Shown one piece after another: positions 30,097-39,958 of a DNA stretch of 64,000 nt; the first letter of the stretch is position 1, and each line of letters starts with the position of its first letter. The stretch is from positions 704,001 through 768,000 of the forward strand of contig JBLWTJ010000001.1 in the NCBI GenBank assembly GCA_048270185.1, given 5' to 3'. The notes under the pieces were generated by a model that was not told where the DNA came from, did not search any database, and was given only the letters and a program-made list of their open reading frames with translations. Both the position numbers and the translations under genes were made by a program. This DNA is from Bacteriovoracaceae bacterium (lineage in GTDB: Bacteria > Bdellovibrionota > Bacteriovoracia > Bacteriovoracales > Bacteriovoracaceae).

Positions 30097-31434
30097 CTAA
30101 CAAATCCCACGGCCATAATCATTAATTTTATCAAGGTGAGACTGAATTGTAGCGATAGCATATTTCTTAAGTCTATCAGGAAGTGATGGATAAATCACAC
30201 CATAGATATCATCAATTGAATGACCTTCTTCAAGACATTTGATAATTTGTTCTTCTCTCTCAAGGCGATGCTTCAAAGTTTGTGAAACTTTAAGAGTCCC
30301 TCCGAGGCTTATTCCGTGTGATGGCATGACAACTCTAGGGTTTATATCAATAACATTTTGTAGGGATTGAAAATACTCACGCATACATGAACCCTTTCCA
30401 CCTATTGTGACCGTTCCTATTGTTTGGATAAGATCAGAGACAATCATCCAAGCGCCATCGGCCCGTAATAGAGAGCTTTGTCCGAAGGCATGTCCTCCTG
30501 TAGTGACAATTTTTACATCATGGCCACAGGATTTCGTTAGGGTATCTCCATCATCGTAGAACTTTACATCAAATTCTTTAAAATAATTCTCATCAAAATC
30601 GCTTAAAAGATGATCATAAGTTCCTTCAGACATCGAAAAAGAAACCCCTAAAGTCTTAGCGATCTCACGGCTAAATTCATGGTGGTCAGGATGATGGTGC
30701 GTTAAGAAGATCTCATCAATTTTGTGTTTTCGAATTGAGTGGATTAATTTGTCCATCTCTTCGATATTCTTAGGTGAAGGATCAACTAAAATTTTCTTAT
30801 TCCCTTCATCACCTAGCAAGAAACAATTCGTTCGATTAGCAGGAGGAAAAGTATTAGAAAGAGGCATGAATTGTCTAAGCCCATAAAGCGGCTCAATCAT
30901 TGGCACTTCTCTTAGCGTATCATATTTTAAATTAGCATCTAAGAAATCAAGACTTGTAATATCACGATCAAGATCTTCTAGAATAGTAATCATAGGAGGA
31001 ACAACAAGTAGCTCTCCCCTCTTGTATGATTCAAAAGCTTCATGGCAATTAAGCCAGCTAGTATTAGCAATCTCCCCTTCATCAAATTCAAAATTCATTT
31101 GAGAAAGAGCTTCTTCATCTTTTATAAAAACTTTAAAATAATAATTTTCAAAACGATGTGGATTAAAATCAGGAGTAACAGCAAGGGCGTATTTTTCAAG
31201 GCCCGTAACAAGGCCATCGCGCATTAGCTCATCAAGATTAACATTAAGTTCTTCTGAGATTTCTCTCTTTAAAGCAAAGGCCAAGTAATCATCAGCGCCG
31301 TGGATGACATCTTCTGCATCAACTTTCCCTCCAGGAAAGGAAGTATAGCCAGGAAAAGCACGCAAGTAGTTTTGCCTCTTCATAAGAAGAAGACGATCAC
31401 CACAAATAAAGATAGCAGATACTGATTGCTTCAA
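30097..31434 (-). CDS. Nudix hydrolase / metallo-beta-lactamase (LACTB2-like) fusion
   Basis: FPGGKVD...KREISEELNV Nudix box and TP...RFENYYF; THHHPDH, GGHA, SD, PSHG MBL motifs; overlaps the IOR stop. Confidence 0.85.
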   Translation of the reverse strand: MKQSVSAIFICGDRLLLMKRQNYLRAFPGYTSFPGGKVDAEDVIHGADDYLAFALKREISEELNVNLDELMRDGLVTGLEKYALAVTPDFNPHRFENYYFKVFIKDEEALSQMNFEFDEGEIANTSWLNCHEAFESYKRGELLVVPPMITILEDLDRDITSLDFLDANLKYDTLREVPMIEPLYGLRQFMPLSNTFPPANRTNCFLLGDEGNKKILVDPSPKNIEEMDKLIHSIRKHKIDEIFLTHHHPDHHEFSREIAKTLGVSFSMSEGTYDHLLSDFDENYFKEFDVKFYDDGDTLTKSCGHDVKIVTTGGHAFGQSSLLRADGAWMIVSDLIQTIGTVTIGGKGSCMREYFQSLQNVIDINPRVVMPSHGISLGGTLKVSQTLKHRLEREEQIIKCLEEGHSIDDIYGVIYPSLPDRLKKYAIATIQSHLDKINDYGRGIC

Positions 31435-34400
31435 TTTAACCCCAATTCTCTAAAGGCTTCATTTGCTTTATCATAGCGTACCTCGCGATAGCCTTTAATA
31501 TTATCTAATTTTTTAAGAGCACGATATTGATTATCGGCCTTATGAATTCCTTCAAATAAATATGTTCTAATCTTAGCACTAATCCCACGCTCCTTAGCAT
31601 GCCACGTAGGTAAAATTGTACGAAGAATTCTAAAGTGCCTCATTAGACTCAGTTGCCAGTCTTTAGGAGAAATATCGAACTCGATCTTCTTTGAACCTAG
31701 ATCAAATGCTGGACGATTAATTCTCTCTTTTCGATATGACTTACCAAGTGATCCGTAGAGCTTAGTTTCCATCTCTTTAAGAAAAGGCGAAAGCATGAGG
31801 TGTGCCACCATGACTTCATCCTTAACAATGAAAGTCTTGGCCAGCAGTCTTGTCGCAAGGGTGCGATTTTCTTCACTCACAATTGTACCAAGGGCACGAG
31901 CACCAGAGATGAACTCAGTCGTCTCTTTTCCACGATTATAGATATATTGATCATGAATTATCTGAATAAGGTGTTCACGCTTCATCCAAGAAATATCAAC
32001 CATGGCCTGATCCAGGTGTTCTCTAAACTTCTTCACGACATAATCACTATTATGCCAAGGAAGAAGAGAATCCTGAACTGACTTGATAGCAAGATCCAAG
32101 TAATCCTTCGATTTTACCTCAAGATTACGATACTTATATTCAAACTTCTCTGTTCCAAGACTTGCTAATTCACGTCCAAGTTTAAAGGCCGCGAGATTAT
32201 TTTCAATTTCTGCAGACTTCATTGAGTTCTTTAGCGCTTCTAAAAGATCATCTTCACCAAATGGTACAAGACCAAGTTGATAAGCATACCCTAGAATCAT
32301 AGAAGATGCGTAAACAGCTTTTCCAAAGAAGAGGTTACACCATTTTTTAAGTGGGACTAGAACAACTCTTTCATCATTCTTGGCCTTAAGTTTTTCAAGT
32401 AATTTTGAACGAGTTAAACTCTCTTCGCTCTCGCCCTTATCTAACATTATCGAGAGAGGTACTTGATATGAGTCATCAAAGATTGCAATGGCATCTTTGC
32501 CTCTTAGAAAACCAAGTTGTCCAATACCATCAAGAAGATCAGGACTTAGAAGAACATCAGCACCACCACGCGGAGTAACCGCACCCATGGACTTATCTTT
32601 ATGACAGATCGACATATGCCCGGTAACATTTCCATTTCTTTGAGCAAGACCTTTTTGATCCATGAACTTAAAGTCAAGATCATCACGGCCGGCCATTTTA
32701 ACACAGGCATTCGCGATAATTTTTGAAATCGTTGTAATCCCTGAACCACCTACACCTGTCACCACCATACGCCAAGTATTCCCATCGGCAATCTCATCAA
32801 ATGACTTACGAGACTTAACTGGAGTTAACTCATAATCAAGATCACCTAGATTTGAATCACGATACTTTGTTGGGTGATAACCCAAGACTTCAACTTTTTC
32901 AAAGCTTGGACAGGCCTTAAGTTTTGTACAATAGCTATCGGCCACACAAATTGTTGGGTCGATGGCCATCTTTGTTCCGTAAGCATCAAAGACTTGAGTA
33001 AGTCCAGGGCATCCTGTCTCCTCAATACAAACTCGGCAGTCTTCACAGGCCGATGTATTAATTTGATAGAAGGTTTTTGCTTTAACGGCTCCATCATTTT
33101 TAAGAAGTTGTCTCTCACTTGCACGAACTTTTGCTTGATATGTAAGAGAGCACTCTTTATTGGAGATAATAACTTTTACGCCCTTCTCTTTAATAAAGTC
33201 GCGCATAAGATTCTTATAAAAGTAGCGATCACTTGGATTGACTTCCTTGGCAACTTTTACACCAAGGTTTTGCACGATATTTAGCATATCTTGCTTTGGC
33301 CTCTTACTCCCTTCGACATTGATCTTTGAAGCAGGAGTCATCTGATGTCCCGTCATGGCAGTGTTATCATTATCGAGGAGTATATAAGTAATATCGTGGT
33401 CAGCTTGAACTGAGTTTGAAATATCAGTAAGGCCAGAGTGAAAGAAAGTTGAATCACCCATTAGTACCACTGACGGATTCTTCGTAAAGAGATCCATCCC
33501 AGCACCAAGTGCTCCTCCTTGTCCCATGGCCGAAAGGTTGTGCATTTCTCCAAATGGTGGAAGAAATGATAGAGAATAACAACCAACGTCTCCGTGGCTG
33601 ATAAGATCGATTCCTTGTCCTTTAAGCCAACGTCTTAAATCTTTTAACAGAGATAATGTTTCACGGTGTGGACAACCGGGACAAAAAGTTGGCAGACGCT
33701 TTGGAAGAATTTCTCCGAAATTTCTTTCTTCAAAAGACATTGACTGACATTGCCCAAGCTCTAAGAAGTCTTTTAAGGCCGAAAGTTTTTCGTTGATGAT
33801 CTCATAACTTAGGCCACCAAAGGCAGGAAAGCCTTCGGCTTCATCTTTAAATTCTTTCCCAACGATATCAAGACTTAACCCATGCTTTTGGCAAAGGGCC
33901 CTAATCTCACCTTCTAAGAAGCCACGCTTTTCTTCAACTACAACGAGTTTTTTTAAGCCTTTTAGGTAAGGCAGAATTAAATCATCAACTAGTGGAAATG
34001 AACTTGCGACTTTATATAATGAAAAGTGATCAAGGTAAGCACCCTCTTCAAGACATTGTTTAAGTGTTTCAAAAATCACACCACTTGATATAAAACCAAT
34101 TTCAGCATCGAGGCGTCCAAAAGTCTTGTCTAGCTTCATCTCATTTAAAACTTGTTTCACTTTTGGGAAACGTTCTTTAATCATTGAGATATCAGCAAAT
34201 AAAGAGTTCGGTGGAACCATAACGTTCTTTTGAAGATCAAAAGTTGCAGGATCGATATCAATCAATTCACCATCAATCTTAGCTTCGTCAAAGCACTCAA
34301 CTCGCCCTCCACCTTCTGCAAGGAAAGTCGAAAGAAGAAGCCCTTGATAGAGACTTGTCTTACTTGAAACCTCTTTTGCTACAGCGATCCAGTCTTTTAA

Positions 34401-34862
34401 CTCTTTAGGATTTGAAGGTTCAAGAAATGACATATGTAAATGTTTAAATAAATATCTTGAGTCAGCGGCCGTAGAAGTTGACATTGACCATGGGTCATCA
34501 CCAACACATACGACTGTTGCAGGATAAATCTCACGGCCATCAACCATTTGAGGTTTAGCAGGGTTTGCAAAGTTACCAACACTTAGTGCATCACTGGCCA
34601 CATGCAGTCCCATAGATTTCATGGCAACAATACAATCACGTCCAGCTTGCTTTACACCACTTGCCATGGCAGCAGCATTAGCTTCTGAGTTAGCAATCAC
34701 AACACGAATACCTTTCTCGTGTAATTCATTTTTCTTGCGGTATAAAATATTGAAGTAATCTGCAAGTGGTGATCCCGGATAACCTGTATATAAGTTAAAT
34801 CCTGCTTCAAGAGCACCTTGAATGATTAGCTCATTCCCGTTGAGAATTTGATATTGTCCCAT
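31431..34862 (-). CDS. Indolepyruvate:ferredoxin oxidoreductase family, fused alpha-beta polypeptide
   Basis: TGYPGSP, FCPGCPH, GDVGCY, TPP motif GDSTFFHSG...NDNTAMTG, ferredoxin CEDCRVC...CP, beta-type GVGGSG and DQKGLAQRNG. Confidence 0.88.
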   Translation of the reverse strand: MGQYQILNGNELIIQGALEAGFNLYTGYPGSPLADYFNILYRKKNELHEKGIRVVIANSEANAAAMASGVKQAGRDCIVAMKSMGLHVASDALSVGNFANPAKPQMVDGREIYPATVVCVGDDPWSMSTSTAADSRYLFKHLHMSFLEPSNPKELKDWIAVAKEVSSKTSLYQGLLLSTFLAEGGGRVECFDEAKIDGELIDIDPATFDLQKNVMVPPNSLFADISMIKERFPKVKQVLNEMKLDKTFGRLDAEIGFISSGVIFETLKQCLEEGAYLDHFSLYKVASSFPLVDDLILPYLKGLKKLVVVEEKRGFLEGEIRALCQKHGLSLDIVGKEFKDEAEGFPAFGGLSYEIINEKLSALKDFLELGQCQSMSFEERNFGEILPKRLPTFCPGCPHRETLSLLKDLRRWLKGQGIDLISHGDVGCYSLSFLPPFGEMHNLSAMGQGGALGAGMDLFTKNPSVVLMGDSTFFHSGLTDISNSVQADHDITYILLDNDNTAMTGHQMTPASKINVEGSKRPKQDMLNIVQNLGVKVAKEVNPSDRYFYKNLMRDFIKEKGVKVIISNKECSLTYQAKVRASERQLLKNDGAVKAKTFYQINTSACEDCRVCIEETGCPGLTQVFDAYGTKMAIDPTICVADSYCTKLKACPSFEKVEVLGYHPTKYRDSNLGDLDYELTPVKSRKSFDEIADGNTWRMVVTGVGGSGITTISKIIANACVKMAGRDDLDFKFMDQKGLAQRNGNVTGHMSICHKDKSMGAVTPRGGADVLLSPDLLDGIGQLGFLRGKDAIAIFDDSYQVPLSIMLDKGESEESLTRSKLLEKLKAKNDERVVLVPLKKWCNLFFGKAVYASSMILGYAYQLGLVPFGEDDLLEALKNSMKSAEIENNLAAFKLGRELASLGTEKFEYKYRNLEVKSKDYLDLAIKSVQDSLLPWHNSDYVVKKFREHLDQAMVDISWMKREHLIQIIHDQYIYNRGKETTEFISGARALGTIVSEENRTLATRLLAKTFIVKDEVMVAHLMLSPFLKEMETKLYGSLGKSYRKERINRPAFDLGSKKIEFDISPKDWQLSLMRHFRILRTILPTWHAKERGISAKIRTYLFEGIHKADNQYRALKKLDNIKGYREVRYDKANEAFRELGLN

Positions 34863-34933
34863 ATTTCCTCTAAATGTTATTGAGAAGTGAGTATAGTGGT
34901 ATAATCATGTTTTTTGACGAACCAAAGCGTCAT

Positions 34934-35440
34934 TTATTCAAATGAAAAATTGATTACCTTACTTAAAATTGTCGGTACTTTTTGAGGCCTAAATCTCCAA
35001 TGCTTTGCCGAAGCTAATACGACTTCATTAAATGCATCAAAACTTGCAGCTTCCAGTAATTTAACATTCGTTACTAGTCCATTAGTATCAATGCTTAATT
35101 CGACGACAACTCTACCAGTGGCACCGATACGTCTAGCAGACCTAGGATAAACAGGGGCCTTAAACTCTAAGATCTGATTATCAAAAGTCTTTGCCGTTAA
35201 AACTTCTTGCTGAAAGTCCTGTTTCTTATCAACATGATTGATTTCTTTCTTAGCCATATTTTGTTGAGTTTCTTCTATTTCATTTTTTGTATCTTGTTTC
35301 TTGCGCGCTTTGATTTGGATATCAATTCCTATAGGTGCAGGACGGACTTCAGAGCGACCTTTCTTTATATTTGAAAAGAAGATAACAGCATGAGTCACAA
35401 GACTGATGGCAAAAAAGAAGAACCAGAGGCGATGTTTCAT
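34934..35440 (-). CDS. tonB: Energy transducer TonB family protein
   Basis: N-terminal TM with SLVTH; C-terminal PVYPRSARR..G.V.....WRFRP; probable start at ATG 35440. Confidence 0.8.
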   Translation of the reverse strand: MKHRLWFFFFAISLVTHAVIFFSNIKKGRSEVRPAPIGIDIQIKARKKQDTKNEIEETQQNMAKKEINHVDKKQDFQQEVLTAKTFDNQILEFKAPVYPRSARRIGATGRVVVELSIDTNGLVTNVKLLEAASFDAFNEVVLASAKHWRFRPQKVPTILSKVINFSFE

Positions 35441-35530
35441 ACACTTATCATAATGCAACTTGCTCCATTTGTGAAAAATCGTTAGTATCTGCTCACCTAA
35501 AATCAAAATTAATTTACTAAGGAAGTTTTT

Positions 35531-36604
35531 ATGAGCTCAAAAATTTCTCCAGAAAACCCATTAGGGGTACTGGCCATCGACCACCTAGAATTCACTTGTG
35601 ACACACTAGAAACTGCCACAAAAGACCTATTCTACACATTTGGATTTGCAAAAAGTTATGAACTAAAAGAAGACAAGAGAGAACTCTTTTCTCAGGGTCA
35701 GGTTCGTTTTCTACTAACAGCAAAAGAAGATGGTCACTCAAGACAATATTTTAAAGATCACGGTGAAGGTGTCTCAACAATTTCATTCTTAGTTGAAGAT
35801 TGTGAGCATGCTTATAAGACAGCTCTTGAAAGAGGGGCCGAGTCACTACAAGAAGTTATTGTAACAGAGAATGAACACGGTATTTACAAGTCTGCTCGAA
35901 TCAAAGGCTTTGGCGATGTTGCCAATGAGTTTATTGAAAGACCTCGCGCATTCTTTAGACCTGGTTATACAAAACTTGAAGAAGATCCAAAGGCACGCCC
36001 ACTATCTTCTCGTGTTGCACGTATTGACCATTTAACAAATAATGTTCCAAAAGGTGAAATGAAGAAATGGGTTGAGTTCTATGACCGCGTTTATGGGTTT
36101 AAAGTAACTCGCTACTTCGATATTAAAGGATCAAAAACGGGACTTAACTCAGAAGTTGTACAACTTCCAAAAGGTGAAGTTATCATTCCTATTAATGAAC
36201 CAAAAGAAGCTGGTGGAAAAGACCAAATTCAAGAATTCCTCGATCGTCATAACGGCGCTGGAGTTCAGCATATCGCCCTTACTTGTGGAGATATTCTCTC
36301 AACTGTAAAAGATCTAAGAGAGCGTGATATTAAGTTCCTCGACATTCCTCATTCATACTATGAAGGAATTTCAAGTCGTGGAATTAATGTTACAGAAAGC
36401 CTTGAAGATCTTGAAGATCGCCAACTTCTTGTTGATGGCGATGAGGAAGGCTACCTTATCCAAAATTTCACTGACACTTATGTTGGTCCACTATTTTTTG
36501 AATTTATTCAAAGAAAGAACCACAACGGGTTCGGAGAAGGAAATTTCCAGGCCCTCTTTGATGCGATTGAGCGCGATCAGATGGCCAGAGGTTACCTGGA
36601 CTAA
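35531..36604 (+). CDS. hppD: 4-hydroxyphenylpyruvate dioxygenase
   Basis: IDHLTNNV, GVQHIAL, FFEFIQRK, GFGEGNFQALFDAIERDQ. Confidence 0.93.
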   Translation: MSSKISPENPLGVLAIDHLEFTCDTLETATKDLFYTFGFAKSYELKEDKRELFSQGQVRFLLTAKEDGHSRQYFKDHGEGVSTISFLVEDCEHAYKTALERGAESLQEVIVTENEHGIYKSARIKGFGDVANEFIERPRAFFRPGYTKLEEDPKARPLSSRVARIDHLTNNVPKGEMKKWVEFYDRVYGFKVTRYFDIKGSKTGLNSEVVQLPKGEVIIPINEPKEAGGKDQIQEFLDRHNGAGVQHIALTCGDILSTVKDLRERDIKFLDIPHSYYEGISSRGINVTESLEDLEDRQLLVDGDEEGYLIQNFTDTYVGPLFFEFIQRKNHNGFGEGNFQALFDAIERDQMARGYLD

Positions 36605-36607
36605 TTC

Positions 36608-36976
36608 CTAATTAAAGCAATTAGAAATGCTTTGTTTCACGAGACTTTCGTTAGACTTTGAAGCAAAGCATTTCTTATTAACCTCTACATCCTTCCAACC
36701 TTCGTATGCGCGATCACGAATCTTACTAACTACTGCAACAAATTCTTCTAAAACTTCATAGTCAGTTTTATCGCCACAATCAAAAGCGAAGTTTGTACAA
36801 ATTACATCTCTTGTCACCACAATATTCTCATGCTCAACACCTAGAACAACATAGGCATCATGGAATGGTTTAAAAGAGTCAATAATATGAAGACTAATAT
36901 CTCTTGGAGCTGTACATGCAGCGAAAATCGATTTCGTCATCATTACAACAATCATTAGTCTGATTAATTTTTTCAT
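36608..36976 (-). CDS. Small secreted Cys-containing hypothetical protein
   Basis: GAGGAAG RBS before MKKLIRL; signal peptide ending IFA. Confidence 0.6.
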   Translation of the reverse strand: MKKLIRLMIVVMMTKSIFAACTAPRDISLHIIDSFKPFHDAYVVLGVEHENIVVTRDVICTNFAFDCGDKTDYEVLEEFVAVVSKIRDRAYEGWKDVEVNKKCFASKSNESLVKQSISNCFN

Positions 36977-37233
36977 TTCTTCCTCGTTATTTTTAAGTTG
37001 CGGCAATATACATGGAAACGAGTGCGCAATGCGTAAAAATGAATAAATTTCAGCCTAGGCCCAATAAAGGCCATATTAGATATTAGTCTTAACTTATATC
37101 TAAAAATTAACGATCTAAACGGTTGAAAATACGTCAAAAAATGACTCGATAAGCCTATTCAAAGGGCCTGTCCTTTCCCTACAATATTGCTTTAATTAAC
37201 TAAAATTTAAACACAACACAACAAAGGACTCTT

Positions 37234-37545
37234 ATGTATAAGTTAATCGCCATTTATAAAATTCCAAATGACATTGATGCTTGGGAAAAGCACTACTCTG
37301 AAGTCCATACTCCACTAGTTAAAAAGGTTCCAAGCCTAAAAGAAATTCGTCTAAACCGCATCACGGGAACTCCAAGAGGAGCAAGCGATCTACACGTTAT
37401 TGCAGAACTAGTTTTCTCAAATAAAGACGACTTCAAGCTTGGCATGAGTTCTGAAGAAAATATGGCCTGCGGAAAAGATCTCTTTAACTTTGCAAAGGAA
37501 ATCGTATCTGTTCATTTTGCAAAAGAAGAAGTCATTTCACTATAA
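37234..37545 (+). CDS. EthD family protein
   Basis: MYKLIAIYK.P...WEKHYSEVHTPLVKKVP; AELVF; AAGGA RBS. Confidence 0.85.
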   Translation: MYKLIAIYKIPNDIDAWEKHYSEVHTPLVKKVPSLKEIRLNRITGTPRGASDLHVIAELVFSNKDDFKLGMSSEENMACGKDLFNFAKEIVSVHFAKEEVISL

Positions 37546-37556
37546 AGGCCACATTA

Positions 37557-38336
37557 ATGAAGAATATACTTTGTGAATTCCCATATAACGACCACAAGCA
37601 TATTGCACTTGTGAAACTAAACCGTCCGAAGGTTCTAAATGCTCTCTCAACAGATCTTATGAAAGAATTAGTTGAGACTCTTTTCGAGCTAGACGATAAC
37701 CCGGAAGTTCGTGTCATCATACTAACTGGTGATGATCGTGCCTTTGCGGCCGGTGCTGATATTGCCCAAATGGTTGAGGCCACGCCAATCGACCAGATCA
37801 ATGATAATCGCTTCCGTTCATGGCAACAGCTTTCTCAAATTACAAAGCCAATGATTGCGGCCGTTAACGGTTACGCACTTGGAGGCGGATGTGAGCTAGC
37901 GATGCATTGTGATTTTATTATCGCAGGCGATAGCGCTAAATTTGGGCAACCTGAAATTAGTATTGGAACTACGCCAGGAGCAGGTGGAACTCAACGCCTA
38001 ACTCGTGCCATTGGAAAATCAAAGGCCATGATGCTTTGTATGACGGGTGAAATGTTTGGAGCCCAACAAGCACAGAGCTGGGGACTTGTTGCAAAGGTTG
38101 TCCCAAGTACAACCCTACTTCAAGAAACTTTTGAAGTTGCAAAAGAGATTGCTAATAGGGCCCCTGTCGCCATCAAGTTAATTAAAGAATCAGTGAATAA
38201 AGCATTTGAAATGTCACTATCCGACGGTGTTGATTTTGAAAGACGCAATTTCTATTTAACATTTGCAAGTAGCGACCAAAAAGAAGGCATGCGTGCTTTC
38301 TTAGAGAAGCGCTCACCAGAGTATAAAGGAAATTAA
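37557..38336 (+). CDS. paaF: Enoyl-CoA hydratase (2,3-dehydroadipyl-CoA hydratase-like)
   Basis: FAAGADI, GGGCELAM, FGQPEI..G..PGAGGTQRL (both catalytic Glu); paa context. Confidence 0.75.
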   Translation: MKNILCEFPYNDHKHIALVKLNRPKVLNALSTDLMKELVETLFELDDNPEVRVIILTGDDRAFAAGADIAQMVEATPIDQINDNRFRSWQQLSQITKPMIAAVNGYALGGGCELAMHCDFIIAGDSAKFGQPEISIGTTPGAGGTQRLTRAIGKSKAMMLCMTGEMFGAQQAQSWGLVAKVVPSTTLLQETFEVAKEIANRAPVAIKLIKESVNKAFEMSLSDGVDFERRNFYLTFASSDQKEGMRAFLEKRSPEYKGN

Positions 38337-38337
38337 G

Positions 38338-39129
38338 ATGTCTAACGAATTTAGAAATATCATAGTTGAAAAAGAAGCCTTCACAGGTGTGATAACAATT
38401 AACCGCGCTGAAGTTTACGGTGCCTTAACACGTGAAGCGAAGTTTGAAATCATCAAGGCCTTAAGAGACCTTAACCGCGACAATGAAGTGGGCTGTATTA
38501 TCCTAGCTTCAAACGGAAAAGGATTTTGTACAGGACAAGATTTAAATGATCGCACAGTACAAGCTGGAGATAAGCCCGTTGATCTAGGAGTGACGCTAGC
38601 AACAGAGTGGAATCCATTAGTTAATGCCATCAAAGAATCAAAGAAATTAGTTATTGGAGCAGTTGAAGGTGTTGTGGCAGGAGCTGGTGTTTCAGTTGCT
38701 CTTGCTTGTGACCTTGTGATTGCAAAACCTGGTATTAAATTTGTTTCAGGTTTTTCTAAACTTGGTCTTTGCCCTGATGCTGGTTCAACTTTTACTTTCA
38801 CAAGGGCACTTGGAGAGAAGAAGGCCATGGAATTTTTCATCCTTGGCAATCCACTAACAAGTGAAGAAATGGAAGGTGCTGGTCTAATTAATAAAGTAAG
38901 TGAAGAAGCATTAGCTGATGCTAAGGCATGGGCCGCCCAGATTAATGCCATGGCACCACTTGCCGTTAAGGCCATCAAAGAAAATATTCAAGTTGCTGTT
39001 GATTCAACGGCAAAGCAATCAATGGATCGCGAAACTGCATACCAGAGATTCTTAGGAAATAGTGATGATTATAAAGAAGGACTAAGTGCCTTCTTTGAAA
39101 AGAGACAAGCAAAATTTTTAGGAAAATAA
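38338..39129 (+). CDS. paaG: Ring-1,2-epoxyphenylacetyl-CoA isomerase-like crotonase
   Basis: FCTGQDL, AGAGVSVALACD, GLCPDAG (PaaG-type Asp). Confidence 0.78.
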   Translation: MSNEFRNIIVEKEAFTGVITINRAEVYGALTREAKFEIIKALRDLNRDNEVGCIILASNGKGFCTGQDLNDRTVQAGDKPVDLGVTLATEWNPLVNAIKESKKLVIGAVEGVVAGAGVSVALACDLVIAKPGIKFVSGFSKLGLCPDAGSTFTFTRALGEKKAMEFFILGNPLTSEEMEGAGLINKVSEEALADAKAWAAQINAMAPLAVKAIKENIQVAVDSTAKQSMDRETAYQRFLGNSDDYKEGLSAFFEKRQAKFLGK

Positions 39130-39140
39130 AAGGAGGCCAT

Positions 39141-39950
39141 ATGGCAGCAAGAGAATACACTCAAGAAGAACTACAATTATTTGACGACATCGCAAACGGT
39201 AAGAAGTTTGATAAAGGTGATGAGCTTCCTCCTCTATACAAGAAAGCTCTAAAGAACCTTCTTTGGATGCAACACGATTCAGAATACTCAGGTGCACTTG
39301 GATATGCACCTTGGATTGAAAAAGCACCAACGATGCAAGAGAAAGTTGTTGTTGCACAAATTGTAAAAGATGAAATGAGACACGCTTCAGTTTGTTACCG
39401 ACTACTTAAGGGAATTGGTGAAGATGTTGACTCACATATTGAATCAAGTGAACTTGGTTTTAAAATGCCAGAAGATAAAGCACAAATTGGATTCCAAAGA
39501 CTAAAAGAAGATTACCGAGTGAATATCTTCTATTACGGAATTAACTACTGGGAAGATTTCATTCTCTTTAACTTTCTAATGGATAGAGCTGCTGGCCACC
39601 AATTAGAAGATACTCTTGATTCAAGCTACCTACCATGGAAGAAAGGAATCGAAGGTATCTATAAAGAAGAAATTATGCACCTTGCTCACGGAGATAAGTG
39701 GATCAAGATCTTAGCAGATGGTGAAAACAAAGAATTCCTTCAGGAAAGACTTGAGCTATGGTGGCCAAGAGTAATGAACGTTTTTGGATCAACAAAAGGT
39801 CGCTCGAATGATCTTTATGTAAAGCTTGGCCTAAAGAAACGTAACAACCAAGTTGTTCGTGATGTTTTCGTAAAAGAAGTACAAGAGATGTGCGATAAAG
39901 CAGGTCTTGTTCTTCCAGAGTATGACGAAGACGCACAACCAAAAAGGTAA
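39141..39950 (+). CDS. PaaA-like di-iron (ferritin-like) aryl-CoA epoxidase subunit
   Basis: DSEYSG, WIEKAPT, DEMRH, LMDRAA, EEIMH, WWPR..FG; GGAGG RBS. Confidence 0.8.
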   Translation: MAAREYTQEELQLFDDIANGKKFDKGDELPPLYKKALKNLLWMQHDSEYSGALGYAPWIEKAPTMQEKVVVAQIVKDEMRHASVCYRLLKGIGEDVDSHIESSELGFKMPEDKAQIGFQRLKEDYRVNIFYYGINYWEDFILFNFLMDRAAGHQLEDTLDSSYLPWKKGIEGIYKEEIMHLAHGDKWIKILADGENKEFLQERLELWWPRVMNVFGSTKGRSNDLYVKLGLKKRNNQVVRDVFVKEVQEMCDKAGLVLPEYDEDAQPKR

Positions 39951-39958
39951 TTAATTAA

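Noticed and set aside
39141..39950. Ribonucleotide reductase R2 or ferritin assignment
   Set aside because: WIEKAPT and WWPR..FG motifs and the crotonase/thiolase context fit the PaaA/PaaC family.
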